NCBI GenBank assembly: GCA_963675245.1
Contig: OY775910.1
Coordinates: 832,001 to 896,000, forward strand
Direction of reading: 5' to 3'
Length of the DNA stretch: 64,000 nucleotides
From: Acholeplasmataceae bacterium
Lineage (GTDB): Bacteria; Bacillota_I; Bacilli_A; Acholeplasmatales; Acholeplasmataceae
The notes beneath the pieces were generated by a model. It was not told where the DNA came from. It was given only the letters and a program-made list of their open reading frames with translations, and did no database searches. The translations under genes and the position numbers were made by a program. Within the stretch, counting starts at the first letter, position 1. Every line of letters starts with the position of its first letter. Positions 28,024-36,770 of the stretch are shown here, piece by piece.

Positions 28024-30051
28024 TTAAATTTTAAGTAATCTAGCATTAATAGCAACAATGATTGTGCTTAATGACATTAGGATTGCACCAATGGCAGGAC
28101 TTAAGATAATACCTATACCACTTAATACACCAGCAGCAAGCGGTAAAGCAATTAAATTATAACCTGTCGCCCATGCTAAATTTTGAATCATCTTTCTATA
28201 GGTTGCTTTTGATAATTTAATGATATTGGTGACATCTAATGGATTGCTTTTAACGAGTATGACATCAGCTGTTTCTATTGCGACATCTGTGCCAACACCA
28301 ATGGCTATACCCAAGTGTGCTTTAGCCAGTGCGGGGGCATCATTAATACCATCACCAGTCATCGCAACCCGTTTTCCAGATTTAACCAATTCATCAATCT
28401 TGTCTGCTTTTTCATCTGGTAAAACTTCAGCAATCACTTTATCAATACCTATTTGATCAGCGATTGATTGTGCGATTTCTTTGTTATCACCAGTGAGCAT
28501 GATGGATTCAATACCCATATCTTTCAACATGGAAACTGCTTCTCTAGAGGTTTCTCTGACAACATCACTTAGTGCGATAAAACCGATTAGTTCATCATTT
28601 TTAATCACAGAAACAATCGTTTGTTTTTGTTTACTTAAATCTTTTAAGATTCCTTCATCAAATTTAATCTTTTGTTTCTTTAAATAATTTGGACTAACTA
28701 ATTCAATTTTATCTTTACCAATATAACCAAATAATCCATGTCCAGGGTTTGCTTTCACATCTTTTGCATTAACTAATTTTAGCTTTCTTTTTTCAGCTTC
28801 TTGAACTATACCTTTTGCGATGGGATGTTCTGATTTACTCTCCAAAGCGTAAGCAAGACTTAATACATCATCTTCATCATTGTCGATTGTAACGATTTGA
28901 CTGACTTCAAATTCACCTTTAGTGAGTGTACCAGTCTTATCAAATACAACGGTATCTATATGTCTAGCTTGTTCGAAGTGTGATTGATTTCTTATTAGGA
29001 CGCCATGTTTTGCACCTAAGCTGGATGACATAGCATTAACTAATGGTGTAGCTAGTCCTAAAGCGTGAGGACAAGCAATAATAATGACAGTCACAGCTCT
29101 TTCGATAGCATTATCAAGATTGAAGTCTAAGAAATACCAAACCAAGAAAGTTGATAGTCCAGCGATGATTGCTATATAAAATAAGTACTTAGCTGCGGTA
29201 TCCGCTAATCTTTGCGTTTTAGAACGTTTACTTTGAGCATCTCTTACCATGGTTACGACTTTTGATAAGAATGTATCATCACCGATATGACTTACTTGAT
29301 ATTTAAATGAACCTGATGAATTAATTGATCCCCCAATAACTTCATCACTTTCATCTTTATCAACTGGCATAGACTCACCTGTTAACATTGACTCATCAAT
29401 CGAAGTAGAACCTTCAGTAATGGTACCATCAAGTGGAATCTTTTCACCAGGTTTGACTAATAATATCATACCTACTTCAATATCATCAATAGAGATATCA
29501 TCTACATGATCATCATGTACGACATGTGCCGTATCTGGCATCAGCTTTAATAATGATTCCAAAGCTCTTGATGCACCTAAAACAGATTTCATTTCAATCC
29601 AATGTCCTAATAACATAATTGAAATCAAAGAAGATAATTCCCAGAAGAAATCAGTTCCTGTTTGCATGATGGTGGTATAGACACTATAAATGTAAGAAAC
29701 GGATATAGCGAGTGCGATTAAGGACATCATTGCAGGTGCTTTTTCTTTAAGTTCATCAACGGTCCCTTTGAAGAAAGGTTTACCACCGTAAATAAATAAG
29801 ATTGAACTTAAGACGAGTAAGATAATATAATCACCTAAAAAATCTATTGAATAGTTAAAAAATGTTTGAATCATAGGCGATAAAACAAGAATAGGAATTA
29901 AAAGAATAATTGAAATAAAAAACCTTTTTTTAAAATCATTCACCATCATCATGTGATGGTCTTGGTGGTCATGATGATCATGATGCTCTGTGTGATGTTG
30001 ATGTTCGTGACTTTTCATGTCTTGATGATGCATTGAGTCATGATTTTCCAT
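28024..30051 (-). CDS. copB: P1B-3 type copper-translocating ATPase
   Basis: His-rich N-terminus; TGES, CPH, DKTGT, SEHP, GDGINDAP, YN and MSLS. Confidence 0.9.
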   Translation of the reverse strand: MENHDSMHHQDMKSHEHQHHTEHHDHHDHQDHHMMMVNDFKKRFFISIILLIPILVLSPMIQTFFNYSIDFLGDYIILLVLSSILFIYGGKPFFKGTVDELKEKAPAMMSLIALAISVSYIYSVYTTIMQTGTDFFWELSSLISIMLLGHWIEMKSVLGASRALESLLKLMPDTAHVVHDDHVDDISIDDIEVGMILLVKPGEKIPLDGTITEGSTSIDESMLTGESMPVDKDESDEVIGGSINSSGSFKYQVSHIGDDTFLSKVVTMVRDAQSKRSKTQRLADTAAKYLFYIAIIAGLSTFLVWYFLDFNLDNAIERAVTVIIIACPHALGLATPLVNAMSSSLGAKHGVLIRNQSHFEQARHIDTVVFDKTGTLTKGEFEVSQIVTIDNDEDDVLSLAYALESKSEHPIAKGIVQEAEKRKLKLVNAKDVKANPGHGLFGYIGKDKIELVSPNYLKKQKIKFDEGILKDLSKQKQTIVSVIKNDELIGFIALSDVVRETSREAVSMLKDMGIESIMLTGDNKEIAQSIADQIGIDKVIAEVLPDEKADKIDELVKSGKRVAMTGDGINDAPALAKAHLGIAIGVGTDVAIETADVILVKSNPLDVTNIIKLSKATYRKMIQNLAWATGYNLIALPLAAGVLSGIGIILSPAIGAILMSLSTIIVAINARLLKI

Positions 30052-30231
30052 ACTGTACCTCCTTTAAAAACAATCATGCATTCACAATGACTGCTGACAA
30101 TGTTAATTAAATCACAGTAAAATGGCTGTGTTTTCACTTTGAGTTTAACACTCAGAAAGTTTTGATGCAAGAAATACAGTATTCATAATTCATTCACATT
30201 TATTTGTTATGATGAATGTGAGGTGGAACAA

Positions 30232-30570
30232 ATGAAAAAAAGAAATATCATTATTTTTGTTATCATTATGTCAGTTTTAGTGACAGCAACAGTTTTAATG
30301 TGGGTATTTGGTCCACGTTTACTACCTGATTGGGAATATACAATGTATGGTCATATGATGGGAGGTTGGGTTATGCCATTTGGTATGTTAGGTGTTGGTT
30401 TATTTTGGTTAGTTGTAATTTATGTCGTTATTCGCGGTTTTGATCATAATGGATTTATAGGTAACAAGCAACAAAATTCAATCGATATATTAAATAAACG
30501 ATTAGCAAACGGTGAAATAACAGTTCAAGAATACGAAGAAATTAAAAGAAAACTTAAAGGTGAGTCATAA
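30232..30570 (+). CDS. SHOCT-domain membrane protein
   Basis: Met/Gly-rich segment, TM, C-terminal ILNKRLANGEITVQEYEE; ATG 30232 after GAGGTG. Confidence 0.8.
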   Translation: MKKRNIIIFVIIMSVLVTATVLMWVFGPRLLPDWEYTMYGHMMGGWVMPFGMLGVGLFWLVVIYVVIRGFDHNGFIGNKQQNSIDILNKRLANGEITVQEYEEIKRKLKGES

Positions 30571-30571
30571 T

Positions 30572-31129
30572 ATGAAAAAGATATTTATTGTAATAGGTAT
30601 CGTAATTGCTATTACGTTTACGATGACATTGATTATTAATGTAACAGCGTTATCTCGTATATTTCCTGATAACAACGATAATCAGTATCGCATGTATGAG
30701 AATATCGATACCTTTGAGTTTTCCTATTTACATTTAAGTGATGCAGAACAAACCATCATCGATCAAAATTTTGCTCAGTACTTAATTGATTCAAGTTTTG
30801 ACACAGTATCTTCATCTGAAGGTTTGATAATCATTAATGCGTTTAAAACCAATTTATTAGACGATGAGGAATTCACATATGAATCATATTATTATGGTGG
30901 TATGATGGGCAGAAGATATGACATGTGTGATGATGATTTTGATGCATACGCATCATATGAATGGCGATATGTCCATTTAGATAATGAGAGCCGAAATCTC
31001 GTTGATCAGACATATGTAGCACAGTTAATGACGATTGATTTCACAGCGTTAACTTTAACTGAAGTTGTATCAGAAATAGACGCTGTTAAAACGTATATGG
31101 TGACATATATCGAATCTTTAAATATTTAA
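30572..31129 (+). CDS. Hypothetical exported protein
   Basis: N-terminal signal/TM, GGMMG motif, internal two-fold similarity (YLHLSD / YVHLDN). Confidence 0.7.
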   Translation: MKKIFIVIGIVIAITFTMTLIINVTALSRIFPDNNDNQYRMYENIDTFEFSYLHLSDAEQTIIDQNFAQYLIDSSFDTVSSSEGLIIINAFKTNLLDDEEFTYESYYYGGMMGRRYDMCDDDFDAYASYEWRYVHLDNESRNLVDQTYVAQLMTIDFTALTLTEVVSEIDAVKTYMVTYIESLNI

Positions 31130-31202
31130 CTGGATTAAGTGAGCAGTGTGAATACACATACTCACTTTTTATTTATTGTATAATAAGATTGGAAGTGAAA
31201 AT

Positions 31203-31886
31203 ATGACTATTTTAATCGTTGAAGACTATTTAAAAATTAACCAACTAATCGCCAGGTTTGCAAGAGATGAGGGTTTTGACGTTTCTCAAGCGTTTAATGC
31301 TGAAGATGCGTTTAAGTTATTAAATAAAGAAAAATTTGATGTCATCATTCTAGACTTGATGTTACCAAACATGCAAGGAGAAACATTTATTAAACGCGTC
31401 AGAGAAGTGAGTGATATTTATATCATGGTTTTGTCTGCCAAAGTTGAGGTTTCTGGTCGTATTGATGTATTGTCAATGGGGGCTGACGATTATATGACAA
31501 AACCTTTTTCAATTGAAGAAATTATAGCGAAACTTAAAAATATCGAAAAACGTCTTGTGATCAATTCAGCTACGATTCTCTCATTTAATCAAGAAGATTT
31601 AGAAATCCATCCATTGAGTAGAGAGGTCTTTTTTCGAAAACAAGTTATAAGTTTCACAGCATATGAATATAATATTTTATATTATCTATCTAGTCATCCT
31701 AATACAGTGTTTACGAGAGATCAAATTATCGAAAATTGCTTTGATGATAGTGATGCATTTGATCGTGTCGTTGATGTGTTTATTAAAAATATTAGAAAAA
31801 AAATTAGTCCAGAAAACGAAGATTTCGATTATATAAAAACACAATATGGTGTTGGATACAAATTTGTAGGTATCAAAGATGAGTAG
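31203..31886 (+). CDS. OmpR-family response regulator
   Basis: VED, LDLMLP, GADDYMTKPF, winged-helix RVVDVFIKNIRKK...GVGY. Confidence 0.93.
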   Translation: MTILIVEDYLKINQLIARFARDEGFDVSQAFNAEDAFKLLNKEKFDVIILDLMLPNMQGETFIKRVREVSDIYIMVLSAKVEVSGRIDVLSMGADDYMTKPFSIEEIIAKLKNIEKRLVINSATILSFNQEDLEIHPLSREVFFRKQVISFTAYEYNILYYLSSHPNTVFTRDQIIENCFDDSDAFDRVVDVFIKNIRKKISPENEDFDYIKTQYGVGYKFVGIKDE

Positions 31887-33111
31887 CATAAAAAAGTTAT
31901 TAGCATACAATGTATTTAAATATGTCTTATCCATATTTTTAACCATGATTTTATTGTTAAATGTTTCTTTTTATATTTATGTCAGTGTCCAATACAGAAC
32001 TGAAATAAATAGACAAAGAGATAGTTTATATACAATGACTGCACATCTAGCTACTGAAGAGAATTATAGTTTTTTAGAAGTATATCTAGAACATTATACA
32101 CATACAAATAATGTCATAATAACTTTTCAAGATATTAATCATCAAATATTGTTCACTAACAATGATGATCAAATAACTGACTATCAACCTGTTTATTATG
32201 AAAATACATTAGTGGGATATTTATCAGCTAACTTCACTTCATCATCACTTGGAACAGAGTATGCTTATGGATTTTTGGCCTTAAATCTCATATCGGTTAT
32301 GTTATTTTCTGTAACTAGTTATTTACTTTTGAACTATTTGAAAACCCAAAATAAGCATATTGAAATTGATTTAGAACATATTCAATCTCATGAGAAAGTC
32401 GAATATTTTGAAGAGTTTGATGCATTAAATCAAACACTTATATACAATCAAAGTCAAAACGAAAAACAACAAAAGATCTATGAATCACATATTAAGAGTC
32501 TCGCTCATGATATAAAAACACCACTATCGGTGATTAGTATTTATGCAGAGTCTTTATTGTCTAAAAGAATCCCATACCATGAAGATGTCATTAAAGACAT
32601 AAATGAAGAAGTGTCTAATATTGAGGAAATTATTCCTAAGTTTATCGTGTCTAGTTACGATCAGCTTCCTTATCAACAAGACATCTCAATATTTCTTCTT
32701 GAATATATTGATAAATATAAAGATGTATTTTTATCAAAGAATATTGTTGTACAAGCCGACCTCTCACCTTTTATAGTGACGATATCCGATTTAGATATTA
32801 AACGCTTAATAGAACATACTTTATTTAATGCATTTTATTATTCATCAATAAACAAAACAGTACAAGTATCGACAATGGTTGAGAAAAAACAACTTATGAT
32901 AAAAGATCAAGGTATTGGTATGTCGAAAGAAACGATTGAAAAGATAATGAATGGGCCTTATAGAGATGAAACAGCACGTAAATATAATAAAAACGGTAAT
33001 GGTTTAGGCTATCAGATTATCAAAGATATTTGTCAAAGAAACAATATTGAGTTGAATATCAATAGCGTGTTAAATGTTGGCTCAATCATTACATTTGTTT
33101 TTCGAGAGTAA
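31879..33111 (+). CDS. Sensor histidine kinase
   Basis: Two TMs; H-box AHDIKTPL; NAFYY, DQGIG, GNGLG. Confidence 0.92.
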   Translation: MSSIKKLLAYNVFKYVLSIFLTMILLLNVSFYIYVSVQYRTEINRQRDSLYTMTAHLATEENYSFLEVYLEHYTHTNNVIITFQDINHQILFTNNDDQITDYQPVYYENTLVGYLSANFTSSSLGTEYAYGFLALNLISVMLFSVTSYLLLNYLKTQNKHIEIDLEHIQSHEKVEYFEEFDALNQTLIYNQSQNEKQQKIYESHIKSLAHDIKTPLSVISIYAESLLSKRIPYHEDVIKDINEEVSNIEEIIPKFIVSSYDQLPYQQDISIFLLEYIDKYKDVFLSKNIVVQADLSPFIVTISDLDIKRLIEHTLFNAFYYSSINKTVQVSTMVEKKQLMIKDQGIGMSKETIEKIMNGPYRDETARKYNKNGNGLGYQIIKDICQRNNIELNINSVLNVGSIITFVFRE

Positions 33112-33278
33112 AAGCTATACTTTGTCACAACCATTTCATGTATACGAACACATAACTAATGTTTCATAAAAAGAGATTGTTGATACTTAGGTATTGACTT
33201 TTTCTTTTATAAGTAACAAATATAAGGTATTAATTTGTGATATAATAGTTAACAAATTACGCATCATGGAGAAATGAA

Positions 33279-34079
33279 ATGATCAAAAAATGTCGTGAAC
33301 AGGATCGTCAATCAGTTTTAGAATATTTATACACAGAAGCTGCATATAATATTTTTATCATTGGCGATATTGAACATTTTGGTTTTGATAAAGATTTCCA
33401 ACAAATTTATATTGAAGAGGAAAACAATGTTATCAAAGCGGTATTACTTAGATACAATAAAAATGCTGTTTATTATACTGATGACCCTCATTTCAATCCT
33501 GACTTTATGGCTATTGTCAATGATTATGAACTTTCTTATTTTAATGGTAAATATGACGTCATGAAGCATGTTGAACCTTATATTCCAGCATTTAAAGCTA
33601 AGAGGTCTTATTTCTGTTCAACAAATAAGAATCAATTAAAGTTAGAAAAACCTCATCATCCTCTAGTGAAGAAATTGACCGATAATCTCAATGATATTGA
33701 ACGCTTGTTTGATTTACTTCACCATATTTCTGAGTTCAATTACGATGAAGTTGAGAAAGAGAATTTTGTAGAAAACAAACGTAAGTCACTTGAAATGGGA
33801 AGTACATACTTTATTGAAGAAGATGGCTTGATTGTGTCATCGGTAACAGTGACTGCAGAAACAACCATCAACGGTATGGTCGTCGCGGTTGCTACACATT
33901 CAGATTATAGACAAAGAGGATATGCAACCGCACTTATGAAACAATTAATGTATGAATATCTTGTGGAAAAAAATAAAGACTTATGTTTATTTTATGACAA
34001 TCCAAAAGCTGGACACATCTATTTATCACTAGGGTTTGAACCAATCGGTAAGTGGAGCATGTTTCATAAAGAAAAATAA
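33279..34079 (+). CDS. GNAT N-acetyltransferase
   Basis: VATHSDYRQRGYAT; LFYDNPKAGHIYLSLGF. Confidence 0.88.
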   Translation: MIKKCREQDRQSVLEYLYTEAAYNIFIIGDIEHFGFDKDFQQIYIEEENNVIKAVLLRYNKNAVYYTDDPHFNPDFMAIVNDYELSYFNGKYDVMKHVEPYIPAFKAKRSYFCSTNKNQLKLEKPHHPLVKKLTDNLNDIERLFDLLHHISEFNYDEVEKENFVENKRKSLEMGSTYFIEEDGLIVSSVTVTAETTINGMVVAVATHSDYRQRGYATALMKQLMYEYLVEKNKDLCLFYDNPKAGHIYLSLGFEPIGKWSMFHKEK

Positions 34080-34098
34080 AAGGATATGGCGTTAGATA

Positions 34099-34623
34099 AT
34101 GTTTGAAGTTTGGGATAAAGAAAAGATTTTACACTTAAGTCTTTTGGAAAAAGAACAATGGTTTGATGTCTACAACCATAAGTTAGAAGAAGATCGAGGG
34201 ATATCTTTATCTGATCCGAATCTAACGGATAAACAACAGATCATCAAAGATGATTATTTTAAGTATATCGAAAGTTTCCCTTTCCTAGACAATGTATATA
34301 AATATTATGTTTTAAAAGTTGATGATAAAATCGTTAGCCTTTGTAGAGTTAATATAGATGAAGATAGATTTGTACTTGAAGGGTTAGAAACCCACAGAGA
34401 TGACTATCGAAAGGGATATGCGTTTAAACTTATTGATTATATGTTACTTCAATTATATAAAGATGGTTTGGATAGCTTATATTCTGAAGCGAGAGTATGG
34501 AATGATGCATCTAATAATCTACAATTAAAAATAGGATTTAAGCAATATGGTAAAGAGGGGAACAACTTTTTATATAAGATAGATGTGAGAACATATATTG
34601 AAACAAAAAAACTAAAAAAATAA
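34099..34623 (+). CDS. GNAT N-acetyltransferase
   Basis: LETHRDDYRKGYA; NDASNNLQLKIGF. Confidence 0.82.
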   Translation: MFEVWDKEKILHLSLLEKEQWFDVYNHKLEEDRGISLSDPNLTDKQQIIKDDYFKYIESFPFLDNVYKYYVLKVDDKIVSLCRVNIDEDRFVLEGLETHRDDYRKGYAFKLIDYMLLQLYKDGLDSLYSEARVWNDASNNLQLKIGFKQYGKEGNNFLYKIDVRTYIETKKLKK

Positions 34624-34770
34624 ATTTAAATGTATAGATATAAATCAATCCTTCCGGGTTGATTTTTCTTTAATTTAACATATTAATGTAAACGCTTGCA
34701 TTTATGAGCGTAACGCGTTAAAATGCAAGTGGGTAATTATCATTACATCTTTGGGGAAGGAATGAGTTAA

Positions 34771-35841
34771 TTGAATATAAAACTATTTATACCAGGACCA
34801 GTTGATGTGGATTCAAGTGTTTTAATGAGGCTAGCAACTCCTCAAATTGCACACCGTAGTAAAGAAGCGTCAGAACTACAAAAGCGTATTTCTGAAAAAC
34901 TTCAACAATTAATGTATACAAAAAATACGATTATTCTATCAACATCATCAGGTAGTGGGATTATGGAAATGGTAATACGGTCATGTACGAAAAAGCGCGT
35001 GGCTGTATTTAGTGTTGGTGCATTTGGTGATAGATGGTACAAAATGGCTATATCAAATAACATCCCTGCGGATGTTTTTCGTCCTGAACCAAGGCAAGCA
35101 ATTAAACCAGAAATGGTTGATGATGTCTTAAAAACCGGAAAGTACGATGCGATAACAATTACACATAATGAGACATCTTCAGGCATTATGAATCCAACTG
35201 AAGCGATTGGTGAAATTGTTAAGAAATATCCGGATGTTATTTATTTAGTAGATGCTGTTAGTAGTTTGGGTGGTGTCAAAATTGAAGTTGATAAAAGCGG
35301 TATAGATGTTTGTCTAGCTTCCACTCAAAAGTGTTTAGGGTTGCCACCTGGATTAAGTGTTGCCAGCGTTAGTGATAAAGCAATCGCACGTGCAAGATCC
35401 GTTGAATATCGTGGTTTTTATCTTGATTTAATCAATGTTGTTGATCGTGTTCATAAAGATTATCAATATCCAAGCACGCCAGTTACACCATTAATGTGGG
35501 CACTTGATTATCAATTAGATCGAATTTTAAATGATGAAGGATTAGAAAATCGCTTTACCCGTCATGCACATTTAGCACATATTGTGCAAGAGTGGGCTAA
35601 AAAATATTTTAGCTTATTTGCAGAAGAAGGATATCGTTCAAATACGGTAACGACTATATTAAACACAAAAGGGTATAGTGTATCAAAATTAAATGATGAA
35701 CTCATGAATAGAGGCTACATGATTAGTAATGGGTATGGTTCATTAAAAGAAAAAGCGTTTAGAATTGCTCACATGGCAGAACGAAACGAAAAAGATCTTC
35801 TAGCATTATTACATGAAATTGAAGATATTTGGGATTTATAG
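34771..35841 (+). CDS. Class V PLP aminotransferase (AGT/SerC-like)
   Basis: FIPGP, THNETSSG, DAVSS, STQKCLGLPPG, FRIAHM. Confidence 0.88.
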   Translation: MNIKLFIPGPVDVDSSVLMRLATPQIAHRSKEASELQKRISEKLQQLMYTKNTIILSTSSGSGIMEMVIRSCTKKRVAVFSVGAFGDRWYKMAISNNIPADVFRPEPRQAIKPEMVDDVLKTGKYDAITITHNETSSGIMNPTEAIGEIVKKYPDVIYLVDAVSSLGGVKIEVDKSGIDVCLASTQKCLGLPPGLSVASVSDKAIARARSVEYRGFYLDLINVVDRVHKDYQYPSTPVTPLMWALDYQLDRILNDEGLENRFTRHAHLAHIVQEWAKKYFSLFAEEGYRSNTVTTILNTKGYSVSKLNDELMNRGYMISNGYGSLKEKAFRIAHMAERNEKDLLALLHEIEDIWDL

Positions 35842-35849
35842 GTGAGAAT

Positions 35850-36755
35850 ATGTTGATATTAGCAAACGATGGTATTGATCCTTCTGCGAAAAACGTGTTA
35901 GAAGAAATGGGGCATACAGTTGATGTCTCACATTATGAAGGTGATGAACTGGAAGAAAAAATTAAAAATATAGATTGTTTAATCGTGCGTTCGGCGACTA
36001 AAATTAGAAAACCATTAATTAATGCTGCACTCGAAACGGGTCATCTTAAGTTAATTATAAGAGCAGGCGTAGGTATAGATAATATTGATCACGCATATGC
36101 TATTGAAAAAGGCATCAACGTTTTTAATACACCACATGCGAGTAGTAATGCAGTAGCTGAACTAACGATTGGACATATGCTTTCAATGGCGAGATACATT
36201 TATCATGCGAATGTTACGATGAGACAAGGTCAATGGCTAAAGAAAGATTATACGGGTATTGAATTGTCAGGGAAAAAGTTAGGCTTGATTGGTTTTGGAA
36301 AAATTGCACAGCTAGTTGCTAAAAAAGCATTAGCATTAGGTATGCACGTATCTTATTATAGCTTGAGAGGCGCGAAAGACAAGTTACCTGAATGTGCATA
36401 TCACACAAAAGAGCATATACTAAAACACTCTGATTTTATAAGTTTGCATATTCCACATCAAAAGGGAGAAAAACCGTTTATAGGTGAAGCGGAATTTGCA
36501 TTAATGAAAAAGAATACATATTTAATCAATACTGCTCGTGGTGGTGTAATAGATGAAGATGCATTGTTAGATGCACTTGATCAGGGGATAGTTGCTGTCG
36601 CTGCTTTAGATGTATATCAGGATGAACCAACTAAAAACGATCGTATCTATAGACATGATCGTATCTCCTTAACACCACACATTGGTGCGTCAACATATGA
36701 GGCACAACAACGTATTGGTTTAGAAATTATTGATACCATTAAAAAAAATATCTAG
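35850..36755 (+). CDS. D-2-hydroxyacid dehydrogenase (short SerA-like, no ACT domain)
   Basis: VRSATK, RAGVGIDN, GFGKIA, NTARGG, TPHIGAST; start ATG 35850. Confidence 0.88.
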   Translation: MLILANDGIDPSAKNVLEEMGHTVDVSHYEGDELEEKIKNIDCLIVRSATKIRKPLINAALETGHLKLIIRAGVGIDNIDHAYAIEKGINVFNTPHASSNAVAELTIGHMLSMARYIYHANVTMRQGQWLKKDYTGIELSGKKLGLIGFGKIAQLVAKKALALGMHVSYYSLRGAKDKLPECAYHTKEHILKHSDFISLHIPHQKGEKPFIGEAEFALMKKNTYLINTARGGVIDEDALLDALDQGIVAVAALDVYQDEPTKNDRIYRHDRISLTPHIGASTYEAQQRIGLEIIDTIKKNI

Positions 36756-36770
36756 GAGGATATAATCAGG

